A stretch of DNA of 64,000 bases from an uncultured Spirochaetota bacterium (GTDB taxonomy: Bacteria; Spirochaetota; Spirochaetia; SZUA-6; Fen-1364), in NCBI GenBank assembly GCA_963820525.1, contig CAWGAA010000001.1, forward strand, positions 1,184,001 through 1,248,000. Direction: 5' to 3'. The notes below the pieces were generated by a model. It ran no database searches. It saw only the letters and a list, made by a program, of their open reading frames with translations, and was not told the origin of the DNA. The position numbers and the translations under genes are program-made. This document shows positions 30,672-40,942 of this stretch, piece after piece (position 1 is the stretch's first letter; each line of letters begins with the position of its first letter).

Positions 30672-31450
30672 TGCGCGCTCCTGTGATTGTTGGAAAGACT
30701 TCCGGTCTGGGCAACCAGATACAACCTGTCGATGAGCTGCTGGAGGGTGAGCTCGTTCTTCATGAACTGACCCGCCACCGTTCCCCGGTCCATCACCACG
30801 ATCCTGTCCGCCACCGGATACACGTGGAAGATGTTGTGGTCTATGAAGATGGCGCTCTTTCCCGCCGCCTTGATCCCCGAGACAAACTCCAGGCACTTCT
30901 TGGTCTCCGAGAGCGAAAGCCCCATGGTGGGCTCGTCCAGGATGATGAGCTCCGCCTTGAAGTACAGCGCCCGCGTGATGGCCACCCCCTGCCTCTCCCC
31001 TCCGGAGAAGGTGCGCACCACGGATTCCGGGGTCACCGCCGAGGAGGTGAAGCCCATGAGGGTGCCCATGAGCTTTCGGGTCTCCTGCCTCATGGCGGCG
31101 AGGTCCAGCATCCCCCAGCTGTTGGACACCTCGCGGCCCATGAAGATGTTCCTCCACAGCGACTGCTTGTCGGCCAGGGCGCGCTCCTGGTAGACGACCT
31201 CGATGCCGAGGTCCCTCGCCTTGGCAACGCTCAAGTGCTCCATTTTCTTGTCCTTGATGAACATTTCGCCGCCGGGGTCCGGCTGGTGATAGCCGGTGAG
31301 GATCTTCACCAGCGTGGACTTGCCCGCCCCATTGTCGCCCAGAAGCCCGACGATCTCGTTGGCGCCAACGTGGAAATTGACGCCGTGCAGAGCAGACACC
31401 TCACCGAAGGTCTTGGATACGTTGGCGAGTCTTACGAAATGCTCCATCAT
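30668..31450 (-). CDS. Sugar ABC transporter ATP-binding protein
   Basis: GDNGAGKST, FSGGERQ, ILDEPT. Confidence 0.9.
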   Translation of the reverse strand: MMEHFVRLANVSKTFGEVSALHGVNFHVGANEIVGLLGDNGAGKSTLVKILTGYHQPDPGGEMFIKDKKMEHLSVAKARDLGIEVVYQERALADKQSLWRNIFMGREVSNSWGMLDLAAMRQETRKLMGTLMGFTSSAVTPESVVRTFSGGERQGVAITRALYFKAELIILDEPTMGLSLSETKKCLEFVSGIKAAGKSAIFIDHNIFHVYPVADRIVVMDRGTVAGQFMKNELTLQQLIDRLYLVAQTGSLSNNHRSAQ

Positions 31451-31556
31451 GCCACCCCTGTTTCAAAGTCGGCGCGGGGAAGCTCTTCCCCGCGCCGGAT
31501 GCTCGCGTGAGCTGGAAGCCTTCGGCACGCTGGGCGGGCCGAAGGCGCTCGAAAAG

Positions 31557-32576
31557 CTATCTGATGTTCTTCGCCGCCAGAGGAGCCACCACATCGACGT
31601 TGCTCTTGTCGACGAACCCGGCTCCCGTGTTGATGTACAGACCCGAGAACCCGTAGACCTTGGTCAGGCAGATCTGCAGGACGGGCAGGTAGCCCTGCAG
31701 CCACTCCTGCTGATCGATGACCAGTCCCGTCCACCCGCCCTTGATGGCAGTGATCGTGGCCGGGGAAAGATCGAATCCCGCAACGTTGACCTGACCGGGG
31801 GCCTTTCCGGCCGCCTTGAGGTAGGTCTCCGCGGTGGCGGTGAGGCCGCCGTGGTCGGTCACAACCAGCTTCACGTCCGGGTGGGAGGAGACGTAGCCGG
31901 CGAAGGTGGGGGTTCCCGCCGCGGGATCCGCGTTGGTGGGCGGGTCGATCTCCAGGTAGTCCACCGTCAGCCCCGCTTCCTTGAGCGCGTCGATGACGCC
32001 CTTGGTCCTGAGGCCGCGGGCGGGCTGGGAGAGAAGACCCCACACCATGGCGCGGTTTCCCTTGACCAGCTTGAAGCGTTTCACGGCCTCCACTCCCAGG
32101 TCGTGTCCCGCTGTGTAGAGATCCGCGCCCACGTAGCCGAACCCGTTGGCCGCGTACTTGGCCTCCGCCTTGGCAAGCTGGGTGTTCTGGCTGGTGACGA
32201 TGATGCCCTGACTCTCCGCCTGATCGATCAGCGCGTCGAATGCCTCGTCTCCGGGATGGCCCATGACGGCGATGCCGTCCGGCTTGGTGGCCATGACTTC
32301 GCGGAACTGCTGGATCATCTTCTGGGGATCCCAGTCGGACCATATGTAGTTGACCTTGCATCCCAGGTCCGCCTCGGCCTGCCGGGCGCCATTGTACACG
32401 TTGACCGCGAACACGCCGCCCGAGGGCCCACCGGGGAAGAAGACGACGCTCACCTTGGAAGCCCAGCCCGTTGCCTGGCCCGCGGTCGTGGTCGCCGGTT
32501 TCCCGCATGAAACCGCGAAGATCGTCACCAGGGCCAGAAGGGCGACGAGGACGGTGAGAACTCTCGATCTCTTCAT
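31557..32576 (-). CDS. Sugar ABC transporter substrate-binding lipoprotein
   Basis: Signal peptide ending AVSC; Peripla_BP-type motifs (AGFD, IDQQ..LQGY). Confidence 0.85.
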   Translation of the reverse strand: MKRSRVLTVLVALLALVTIFAVSCGKPATTTAGQATGWASKVSVVFFPGGPSGGVFAVNVYNGARQAEADLGCKVNYIWSDWDPQKMIQQFREVMATKPDGIAVMGHPGDEAFDALIDQAESQGIIVTSQNTQLAKAEAKYAANGFGYVGADLYTAGHDLGVEAVKRFKLVKGNRAMVWGLLSQPARGLRTKGVIDALKEAGLTVDYLEIDPPTNADPAAGTPTFAGYVSSHPDVKLVVTDHGGLTATAETYLKAAGKAPGQVNVAGFDLSPATITAIKGGWTGLVIDQQEWLQGYLPVLQICLTKVYGFSGLYINTGAGFVDKSNVDVVAPLAAKNIR

Positions 32577-32634
32577 ACACAATTCCTCCTTGCTTTTATT
32601 GAATTGCCCCAACGGGGCAATAACGGATCACAAT

Positions 32635-33666
32635 TCACGGCTTCTGTCTCCCGATGTTCTGCTCCTCCAACCGAGTCGTGTAGCTGTCGATGTTCCGCCG
32701 ATCCACGAAGATCACGCCCGTGTCGATGACCTTCGGCACGAGCCGCCCGTCCACGGCGTCCAGCAGGTGCTCGACGGACAGCCACCCCATCTTGAAGGTG
32801 TTCTGCACGATGCAGAAGACCACGGAGCCGTCGCGGATCCCATCGAGGGTGTCCCGCAGGTCGTCGAACCCCGCGATGACGACACCCTTCCTGCCCTGCT
32901 GCTTCACCACAGCCGCGGCGGCAGGAGCCCCCTCGGCTGAAACTGAGAAGATCGCGTTCAGGTCGGGATGATCCACGAAAAGCGCCTCGGTCTTGTGCAC
33001 CGATTCGGCGAAATCGCCCCCCTCGTCGACCACGGAGACGATCTCGATATCCGGGGCCGCGTTCGCGAGAGCCCTGGTGAGCCCGCGGGTGCGGAGGTTC
33101 AGGTTGGTTGCGCCCAGGCCTCCCTGGAGCACGGCGAGCTTGCCGCGCCCTCCCATCGCCTGGGCCATGCGCACCCCCGCCTGGTAGCCCGCGCTCTCGT
33201 TGTCGGTTCCGATGTAGGTGAGCGCCTCGCTCGAGGGCGCGGGGGCGTCGAAGGTGATCACCTTGATCCCCGCCCGGGCCGCCTCGTGGATGACCGCCAC
33301 GAGCCCCGCATCGTCGTTGGCCGAGATCGCGATGCCGTCCACCCCGCGCGCGATGAGATCCTCGATCACCTTCACTTGCAGCACCACGTCGAATCGCGGG
33401 GGGGCGTCCACCTCGGTTTGGACCCCGTAGCGCTTCGCCGCTGCGTCGAAGGCTCGGTAGACCGGCTCATAGTAGGGATGGACCCCCTTGGGCACCATGA
33501 CAAAGATGAGCCGCCGGCTTCCGGTCGCTCGAGCTGCCTGGGCAGAGGATGAAGCCTGATCCCCGCCTCCACGCTCGCGCGTACATCCACCGAACAGCAG
33601 GGGAACGGTCAGGAGCAGGGCGGCAATGCTGAGAAAACCGATGGCTCTTTTTGCCTGAAACTTCAT
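32635..33666 (-). CDS. Sugar-binding periplasmic lipoprotein (RbsB-like)
   Basis: GGC lipobox; GVDGIAIS, YIGTDNESAG, IAGFD, IDTG. Confidence 0.85.
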   Translation of the reverse strand: MKFQAKRAIGFLSIAALLLTVPLLFGGCTRERGGGDQASSSAQAARATGSRRLIFVMVPKGVHPYYEPVYRAFDAAAKRYGVQTEVDAPPRFDVVLQVKVIEDLIARGVDGIAISANDDAGLVAVIHEAARAGIKVITFDAPAPSSEALTYIGTDNESAGYQAGVRMAQAMGGRGKLAVLQGGLGATNLNLRTRGLTRALANAAPDIEIVSVVDEGGDFAESVHKTEALFVDHPDLNAIFSVSAEGAPAAAAVVKQQGRKGVVIAGFDDLRDTLDGIRDGSVVFCIVQNTFKMGWLSVEHLLDAVDGRLVPKVIDTGVIFVDRRNIDSYTTRLEEQNIGRQKP

Positions 33667-33695
33667 CCCAGCAGTATCCGATTAAGCCTTATTAT

Positions 33696-33712
33696 TGCAC
33701 GAACCGGACCAA
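33696..33712 (-). promoter_or_regulatory. Putative sigma54 -24/-12 promoter
   Basis: Minus strand TTGGTCCGGTTCGTGCA has exact GG-N10-GC spacing, ~30 nt before the SBP start; the adjacent gene is a GAFTGA activator. Confidence 0.5.
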
Positions 33713-33857
33713 CCGGGGGCAGCGGAGAAGAAAGACCTTCATTTTGATATCTCATAAGAAATTAGAGAGGTTTTTCTGCTCCTGGCATTTCGATCCATCC
33801 CAGCCGCGGAGCGCCGCCTTTACTCGAATTGGGTAAACGTGAGTAGGAGTGGGTAGT

Positions 33858-35171
33858 CTATTGGATCGCGTAGCGCTTCATCTTGTTGTACAGCGTCTTT
33901 CTGCTCATCCCAAGCTCGCGTGAGGCCACCGAGCGGTTGAAACCGGTGCGCCGGAGCACCTCGATGATCGCCTCGCGCTCCTGCCTCCACAGCTCGGGAA
34001 GGCTTCCCTCCGCGGGCCCTTCCAGAAGGAAATCCTGGGGCATGAGCGGCCGGGTCTGCTCGGAGAGCAGCACGGCGGACTCCACCGCGTTCTTCAGCTC
34101 GCGCACGTTCCCCGGCCACTGGTAGGCGCGCAGGTAGCGGATCGCCTCCCGGGAGATCCCAACCCCCGGTTTCTTGTAGCGCTTCGTGTACCGATCCAGG
34201 AAGAGGCTGATGAGGGGCTCGATATCCTCGCGGCGATCGCGAAGCGGCGGGATCGTCACCGCGAAGCCCTTGAGCCTGTAGTAGAGATCCAGCCGGAAGC
34301 GCTTCTCGCGGATCATTTCTGCCAGGTCGCAATTCGTCGATGCCATGATCCGCGCGTACAGCGGAATGGATCGGGTGGATCCGACCGGCTCGAAGGAACG
34401 CTCTTCCAGGGCACGCAGCAGCTTGGTCTGGAGGTGCGGTCCCATGTCGCCGATCTCATCGAGGAAAATCGTCCCTTCTTCCGCCGCTTCGAACTTGCCG
34501 GCAGCGGAGGCGTGGGCTCCCGTGAATGCGCCCTTCTCGTGCCCGAAGAGCTCGCTCTCCAGGAGCTCGGGGGGGATGGCGGCGCAGTTGATGGCCACGA
34601 ACGGCCGCGCGCTCCTCGCGCTGTGCCCATGAACGAATCGCGCCAGCATCTCCTTGCCCGTGCCGCTTTCCCCCAGGAGCAGGAGCGGGATCTCGGAGTC
34701 CATCACCTTCTCCAGGGTGGAGACGATATGCCGCATCGCATGACTTTCCGCCACAAGTCCGCCGTTGACGGACGCCGCCCCCCCACCGCTCTCCTTCCCC
34801 CGCGCTCCGATGCAGAGGCGGTCTGCGAGGGTGACGATGTCCTGGTTGTCGAAGGGTTTCTGCAGATAATCCACGGCGCCCAGCTTCATGGCCCGCACCG
34901 CCGTGTCCACGGAGGCATAAGCGGTGATGATGACGACGGAAGTCTTTCCGGCGCGGAAGTCCGCGAGGAGGTCCGTGCCGCTGAGATCGGGCAGCTTCAG
35001 GTCCACGAAGGCGCAGTCGATCCGGCCGGATTGGGCGATTCTCTTCGCTTCGGCCCCCGTCGCGGCGGTCATCACACGGTAGCCTTCGAGGGCCAGGGCC
35101 TTTTCCAGCCCGAGGCGCATGCCCTCCTCGTCGTCCGCGATAAGAATCATGTAGTCGCTTCGGCTTGGCAT
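33858..35171 (-). CDS. Sigma54-dependent response regulator (NtrC family)
   Basis: REC; GESGTGKE, GAFTGA, FLDEIGD, WPGNVREL; C-terminal HTH. Confidence 0.95.
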   Translation of the reverse strand: MPSRSDYMILIADDEEGMRLGLEKALALEGYRVMTAATGAEAKRIAQSGRIDCAFVDLKLPDLSGTDLLADFRAGKTSVVIITAYASVDTAVRAMKLGAVDYLQKPFDNQDIVTLADRLCIGARGKESGGGAASVNGGLVAESHAMRHIVSTLEKVMDSEIPLLLLGESGTGKEMLARFVHGHSARSARPFVAINCAAIPPELLESELFGHEKGAFTGAHASAAGKFEAAEEGTIFLDEIGDMGPHLQTKLLRALEERSFEPVGSTRSIPLYARIMASTNCDLAEMIREKRFRLDLYYRLKGFAVTIPPLRDRREDIEPLISLFLDRYTKRYKKPGVGISREAIRYLRAYQWPGNVRELKNAVESAVLLSEQTRPLMPQDFLLEGPAEGSLPELWRQEREAIIEVLRRTGFNRSVASRELGMSRKTLYNKMKRYAIQ

Positions 35172-36943
35172 GCCTCCTCCTTGCGCGGAAACCACAGGGA
35201 AACTGTGGTTCCGACGTTCGCCTCGCTCTCCACCTCGATCGCGCCTCCATGCTGTTTCATGATCTTCTGGCTGAGGGCGAGCCCGAGCCCCGTGCCGTAT
35301 CCCTGCTTGCGGGTGAAGAAGGGCTCGAAGATGTGCCGGCGCGTCGCGTCGTCCATGCCCTCCCCGTTGTCGGTGACGCGGACCCAGAAGCCCTGGCCGT
35401 CCGCCTCCGCGGCTATCCTGACAAGCCCCCGATCGTGGTGGATCGCCTGCAGGGCGTTGTACATGAGGTTGAAGAACACCTGCTTGACCGCATCCACGTC
35501 TCCCTCGATGACGACGCCGGGGAGGAAAGGCTCGACGCGGACCTCCACCCCGTTCAACCGGAGCTTGGGGGAGAAGAGCTGCACGACCTCGTTCACGACG
35601 GGCTCAAGGGCGAAATCACTCAAGGCGAGCTCGTCATCCCTGGCGTGATGGAGGAGGTTTCCCAGGAGACGGTTGACGCGCTTGATCTCGGTCTCCACGC
35701 GGGAGAGAAACTCATTGCGCTCCGCTTCCACCAGGCGTCCCGAGCGCAGGAGCTGGACGTGGTTGAGGATTATTCCCAGGGGATTGTTGATCTCATGGGC
35801 CACGCCCGCCGAGAAGCGGCCGAGGGCCGCCATCTTCTCGCTGGTGACAAGGAGGCGCTTGCTCTCCTCCAGCCGCACGGCGTTTTCCTCGAGCTCAACC
35901 GCCATCTTGGAGAACCCCCTGTAGAGCTCGCCGAACTCGTCGCGCCGTTCCACAGGAAGCCCCACGCGGTACTCCCCGCGGGCAACCTTGACCGACGCCG
36001 CGAGGAGCGTGCGGATGGCGCGGATCACCTCGCTCCCCCAGAGTATGAAGAGAACCGTCGCCACGCCCACGCAGATCAGCGCGATGATGGACAGGCGGGA
36101 GAAGTTCCGCCACCAATCCGAAAGCGTGATGGAAGAAGGTCCCCCGACGAAAAGGAAGCCCTTTGCCGCCTGCCCCATCTCGAAGTAATACCCCACGTAC
36201 TTGTAGAGACGCCCCGCGAAGGGGTACGTGCCGGAAAAGAAGCCGCCCGTCGCGGGATGGTTTCGGGTCCACAATGCCCCGGCTGCGTCGATCCCCGGCA
36301 GGGAGGAATAGCGATAGAGCCCCTGGGCGTAGAGAGCGATCCCGATGTTGAACCTGAGGGAGAGGGTCTCGAGGTAGCTGCGGTTGAAAGCCTTCTGGAG
36401 GGCAAGGAGGCCGATCTCCGAGCCGGAGCGGAATACCGGTATGTAGAATGTCGCATAGATGCCGTCCGAGGTCTGGAGGTATTCGGGCTGGCCAGAGAGC
36501 CGGGAGGGCGTATCGTGGGTGACGGTGGAGTGGATGTACGTCGAGTTTCCCACGACTGCCACCGAGACATAGTGGTCTCCCTCGATGCGGTAGACTGCGA
36601 TCGTATCGATGGACTCGTAGAGAAGAGCGTTCTCCAAGTTATCCCTGAGCACGGAGATGTCGCCGTCGAGAGTGTCCTTGCTGAAGAAGCCCCAGTACTT
36701 GTTGTAGACGTAGAGCTTGCGCTGCAGGAAATCCGATACGGCGAGACGGCCGATGCTCAGGCGGTAGCGCTGCTCCGTGTCCGAGATGTCCTTCTGCACG
36801 AGGTCCAGGGCAGCCCGGAACCGCGCCTCCTGGGAACGCCCGCCGCTTTCAACGACGACTGCGGCGGCTACGGCTATAGCCACCAGGACGGGAACCAGAA
36901 GCGCGCAAATCGAGAAGAAGAGCAGCCTCGCGCGGAGCTTCAC
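35147..36943 (-). CDS. HAMP-domain sensor histidine kinase
   Basis: 2 TM, RRDEFGEL HAMP, AHEINNPL, FFTRK..GTGLGL. Confidence 0.9.
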   Translation of the reverse strand: MKLRARLLFFSICALLVPVLVAIAVAAAVVVESGGRSQEARFRAALDLVQKDISDTEQRYRLSIGRLAVSDFLQRKLYVYNKYWGFFSKDTLDGDISVLRDNLENALLYESIDTIAVYRIEGDHYVSVAVVGNSTYIHSTVTHDTPSRLSGQPEYLQTSDGIYATFYIPVFRSGSEIGLLALQKAFNRSYLETLSLRFNIGIALYAQGLYRYSSLPGIDAAGALWTRNHPATGGFFSGTYPFAGRLYKYVGYYFEMGQAAKGFLFVGGPSSITLSDWWRNFSRLSIIALICVGVATVLFILWGSEVIRAIRTLLAASVKVARGEYRVGLPVERRDEFGELYRGFSKMAVELEENAVRLEESKRLLVTSEKMAALGRFSAGVAHEINNPLGIILNHVQLLRSGRLVEAERNEFLSRVETEIKRVNRLLGNLLHHARDDELALSDFALEPVVNEVVQLFSPKLRLNGVEVRVEPFLPGVVIEGDVDAVKQVFFNLMYNALQAIHHDRGLVRIAAEADGQGFWVRVTDNGEGMDDATRRHIFEPFFTRKQGYGTGLGLALSQKIMKQHGGAIEVESEANVGTTVSLWFPRKEEACQAEATT

Positions 36944-37245
36944 TGAGTCGTGATCCCCCTTGACCCAGCATTATAGCAGAGGGAGAGCGCGCGAGCAAAC
37001 GGGAGAGGCACAGAACCGCAGCTCTCCCAATCCCAGGGGAACTCGGCGGGATAATCACGCTGTAGACCAGCCAGGCTTTACCGGGCCAGCTTGGCAATTT
37101 GCTCCCGCTCCCAGCCGTAAGCTTGCAGGCGGCGCTGCATGGCCTCCCGGCAATCCCAGCGCCACTATTGCTACGTCGATGGACCCGTCTCCGCGCGCCC
37201 GAGAGCCGAATATCGATAATCGACACCATTGCACGAGTTCCGAAA

Positions 37246-38652
37246 TTACCGGCTGGATGCGGCTGCGTGCTCAATTGCTTCGAAGATTTTCTGATACCCG
37301 GTGCAGCGGCACAGGTTGCCTGTGATCGCCTGCCGTATTTGCTGCCGCGTCGGAGAAGAATTCTCTTCCAACAGTTGCGCGCCGCTCATGATCACCCCTG
37401 GTGTACAGTATCCGCATTGTACTGCGCCGGCTTCGACAAAAGCGCGCTGTACGGGGTGGAGTTCATTTTCTTGTTTCAAGCCCTCGATTGTAACGATGTT
37501 CGCATACTGCGCACGAGGGGCGGGCACCAGGCAGCTCATCACCGCAATGTCATCGAGCAAAACCGTGCATGCCCCGCATTCGCCTTCCGCGCAACCTTCC
37601 TTCGTGCCTGTCAATCCTATGTCCTCACGCAGCATCCGCAGCAGCGTCTTGGCGCCTGCGCCCTTGATATCATACGGCCTGCCGTTGACGGTCGTTTTAA
37701 TGGCATCTGTGCCGTCCGATTTTGAATCTATCTTTTTGAATTTTCCGTTCGTCTTGCCCCACAGCTTCACAGGATTTGCAGGAAAATCGGCGCCCTCGGT
37801 ACCGTCGCGTAACTGGCGTAGCGCGCGGGCAGTGTGCACTCTCACCATCTCGTAGCGATACTCCGCCGTGCCACGAATATCGTCAATCGGTCGAGCGGCA
37901 CGGCTCGCCAGATCCGCCGCAACGGCAATGGTCGCCTCATCGAGTGTTTTTCCCAATAAGAACTGTTGTGCATCGCTTGCGGCGGCAATCGTCGGCGCGA
38001 CGGAGCCTAGAGTGATGCGTGCACTCTCAATGCGTGAATCGCTGAATCCTAAGACAAGCGCGACATTCACCACGGAAATCGCCTGGGCGCGCCGCAGTCC
38101 AAACTTGATAAAGGTGCCGCGTTCGTTTTCTTTGAGAGCGGGGAAAGATATCTCGGTCAGCATTTCGTCGGACGCGAGCGTCGTCTGACGCACACCGCAT
38201 ATGAACTCGGGGAGCGGGATCTGACGCTCACCGCGTGCCTTGCTTGCCAGCGTTACCCCAGCTCCCATTGCCCACAACGGTGCAATCGTGTCATTCGCCG
38301 GCGACGCGGTGATGACATTGCCCGCGATCGTGCCGCGATTGCGGATCTGCGGAGCGCCTACCTCCCAACATGCGCGCACGAGCGGATATGCGCGTTCGCG
38401 CAGCAGCGGCGAGCCGATGACGTGATTGTGCGTGACGCTTGCGCCCACATGGAACGTACCGCCATCGAATCGGATTTCGTCCAATCCCTCGATGCGGCTT
38501 ACATCGATCATCACCTTCGGCGTGCGCACCTTGCGTTCCATCTCGATCAGCAAATCGGTACCGCCGTTGATGACTCGCGCATCTTTGCCGTACTCTGCTA
38601 AAAACTCCAGCGTCTCGTCGATGGATGTCGGTTGCACGTATTTTTCCCACAT
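37246..38652 (-). CDS. Xanthine dehydrogenase-family FAD-binding subunit fused to a C-terminal [2Fe-2S] subunit
   Basis: GGTDL, QIRNRGTIAGN, SPAND, IDDIRGT; then GTKEGCAEGECGAC and QCGYCTPG...CRCTGY. Confidence 0.9.
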   Translation of the reverse strand: MWEKYVQPTSIDETLEFLAEYGKDARVINGGTDLLIEMERKVRTPKVMIDVSRIEGLDEIRFDGGTFHVGASVTHNHVIGSPLLRERAYPLVRACWEVGAPQIRNRGTIAGNVITASPANDTIAPLWAMGAGVTLASKARGERQIPLPEFICGVRQTTLASDEMLTEISFPALKENERGTFIKFGLRRAQAISVVNVALVLGFSDSRIESARITLGSVAPTIAAASDAQQFLLGKTLDEATIAVAADLASRAARPIDDIRGTAEYRYEMVRVHTARALRQLRDGTEGADFPANPVKLWGKTNGKFKKIDSKSDGTDAIKTTVNGRPYDIKGAGAKTLLRMLREDIGLTGTKEGCAEGECGACTVLLDDIAVMSCLVPAPRAQYANIVTIEGLKQENELHPVQRAFVEAGAVQCGYCTPGVIMSGAQLLEENSSPTRQQIRQAITGNLCRCTGYQKIFEAIEHAAASSR

Positions 38653-38666
38653 AGGCTCCTCGGTTG

Positions 38667-40904
38667 TCATCTTTCATGCAGCGCCTTGAATACTTTTTCG
38701 GGCGTCGCCGGCAGTTCGTTGAGCCAGACCCCCGTCGCATCGTGAATCGCGGCAAGAATCGCGGGAGCAAGCGGCAAGAAAGGCAGCTCGCCCAAGCCAC
38801 GTGCGCCCCATGGTCCGCGCGGGTCGGGAACTTCGACGATTACGGATTCGACCACCTCGGGTACGTCAAGCGCGGTTGGAATGAGGTATGTACTGAGCTG
38901 GTCGGTAATCACACGACCGTCCTTCATCTGGAAATTTTCTTGCAGCGCGTAGCCCTGCGCTTGTGCGACCGCGCCTTCGATTTGTCCCTCAATCGCCTGT
39001 GAATTGATGGCTTTACCCACATCGTCCGCCGCGACGACACGCAGCAGGTGCACAAAACCGGTCCCGGTGTCAACCTGCACTTCGACGGCCTGCGCCGAGT
39101 AGGCGTAGGCAAAGTTCGGCGTCGAATAACCCGTCTCATTGTCGAAGGGCGTCGTTTGCGGCGCGAGATATGTGTACTCTGCGATGGCAGGACGTTCCTC
39201 CGCGCGCCATTTCTCCAGCGCGCTTTGTGCCGCGCCGCGAATTGCGTTACCCGCCATGAATGTGAGGCGCGACGCGGACGTACTGCCCGAATTGCCCATG
39301 CGCGCCGTGTCCGATGCGACGAGCATTACTTTGTCAAACGGCAGGCCAAGTGCCTCTGCCGCCATTTGCATTATCACCGTGTGCGCCCCCTGCCCGACAT
39401 CCGCGCCCGCGTGATACACGACCGCGCGCTCGATGTTACCGCCGCCATACAGTTCGACGCGCGTCCAGCAATTTTCTTGATAGCCGAAACTGAAACCGAT
39501 GTTCTTGAATCCTGCCGCAAAACCTATCCCGCGACGCATGACAGACGGCAGAGAGCCGGCACCATCCTCCTTTGTCTTTCGGCTTTCCTCGTCGGGGCAA
39601 TACCAGCCAGTCGGTGTCTGACGCCATCCCGCACGCCCCGCCGCTGAGCTAATCACATGAGCGATGCTGACGGGACCTGGCGGCGCGGTGCCGACGCCGA
39701 GCGTATCACCCTTGCGCAGCACGTTTCGCATCCTCAATTCAACAGGGTCCATGCCCAGCGCTCCAGCGAGCTTGTTCATCTGCATCTCGGCAAGGAAATT
39801 TCCCTGCGGCGCGCCAAACCCGCGAAAAGCGCAGGTGGGAATGTTGTTTGTGTATACGGCGTAGGTATCCACCTTGACATGAGGGATGAAATACGGACCC
39901 GTGCAGACAATTGTGGTGTTTCCGAGCACTTTGTTGCTGGTGAAGAGATATGCGCCAGCGTCCGCGACGATTTCCATTTCCGCGGCGACGAGTCTGCCCG
40001 CGCTGCTCGCTCCCCATTTGGCGCGGAGCGTCATCGGGTGGCGCTTGCCGTGCCCAATGATGGACTCGCGGCGGCTCCAGACTGTCTTCACGGGACGCCG
40101 CAGCTTCAGCGCCGCGAGCGCGAGCACGATCTGAACCGACATGTCTTCCCGTCCGCCGAATGCCCCGCCGATTACAGGATAGACCACACGTACCCGATCT
40201 TCGGGCACGCTGAGCGCGTGCGCGATCTGTTGCCGGTCCGTGTGAGCCCACTGCCCGGCGACCTCCACCGTCACGCGTCCTTCCTCATCAATGTACGCGA
40301 TGCCCGCTTCGGGTTGCAGGTACGCGTGCTCCTGAAACGGCAACAGGTACTCGCTTTCGATAATCACCTCGGCCTGCGCGAATCCTGCCGCAACATCGCC
40401 CTTGCGAATCTTGTAGCAAGCGCAAATGTTGCTATCACCTCGTTCCGGGTGGATAAGCTGCGCGCCGGGTTGCATCGCCGCAAGCGGGTCCGTCACAATG
40501 GGCAAGTCTACAAACTCGACCCTAATCAAATCCCGTGCGGCAGTCGCGGATTGCTCCGTTTCCGCAACGACAAGAGCGATCTTGTCGCCGACAAAACGCA
40601 CGATGTCGCTGCCCGGCTTGGCAGAACCAGGACCACACAACACGGGTTGGTCGGGTTGCTGCAAGCCGCACTCGTTGACGGGCACATCCTTCGCCGTGAA
40701 CACCTCGACCACTCCGGGGTATTTTTCCGCGCGGGATGTATCGAGTCGGAGGATGCGCGCGTGCGGACGCTCGGCAAACAGAGTCTTCATGTGCAGCATC
40801 CCCGGCATCGTGAGGTCGCCGGGATAAAGCGCCCGGCCGGTCACTTTGGCCATAGCGTCAACCCGGGCCACCGACTGACCGACAATATTCAGTGCAGGCG
40901 ACAT
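38667..40904 (-). CDS. Xanthine dehydrogenase-family molybdopterin-binding large subunit
   Basis: KVTG...PHA, GGAFGGRE, AFRGFGAPQ, VGQG, SASR, GQIEG, GARGLGE. Confidence 0.9.
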   Translation of the reverse strand: MSPALNIVGQSVARVDAMAKVTGRALYPGDLTMPGMLHMKTLFAERPHARILRLDTSRAEKYPGVVEVFTAKDVPVNECGLQQPDQPVLCGPGSAKPGSDIVRFVGDKIALVVAETEQSATAARDLIRVEFVDLPIVTDPLAAMQPGAQLIHPERGDSNICACYKIRKGDVAAGFAQAEVIIESEYLLPFQEHAYLQPEAGIAYIDEEGRVTVEVAGQWAHTDRQQIAHALSVPEDRVRVVYPVIGGAFGGREDMSVQIVLALAALKLRRPVKTVWSRRESIIGHGKRHPMTLRAKWGASSAGRLVAAEMEIVADAGAYLFTSNKVLGNTTIVCTGPYFIPHVKVDTYAVYTNNIPTCAFRGFGAPQGNFLAEMQMNKLAGALGMDPVELRMRNVLRKGDTLGVGTAPPGPVSIAHVISSAAGRAGWRQTPTGWYCPDEESRKTKEDGAGSLPSVMRRGIGFAAGFKNIGFSFGYQENCWTRVELYGGGNIERAVVYHAGADVGQGAHTVIMQMAAEALGLPFDKVMLVASDTARMGNSGSTSASRLTFMAGNAIRGAAQSALEKWRAEERPAIAEYTYLAPQTTPFDNETGYSTPNFAYAYSAQAVEVQVDTGTGFVHLLRVVAADDVGKAINSQAIEGQIEGAVAQAQGYALQENFQMKDGRVITDQLSTYLIPTALDVPEVVESVIVEVPDPRGPWGARGLGELPFLPLAPAILAAIHDATGVWLNELPATPEKVFKALHER

Positions 40905-40942
40905 TCTTTCCTCCGCTTCAGTTTCAGCTCGGCGTGTATATT

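Noticed and set aside
35165..36946. Long antisense ORFs (for example 35165-36946 +, 27854-29647 +, 19436-21100 -, 7764-9140 +)
   Set aside because: Shadow frames of well-supported genes, as expected at high GC; no recognisable motifs
37078..37165. Short minus-strand frame WRWDCREAMQRRLQAYGWEREQIAKLAR at the left island edge
   Set aside because: Could be a gene remnant, but it is too short and unrecognisable to support
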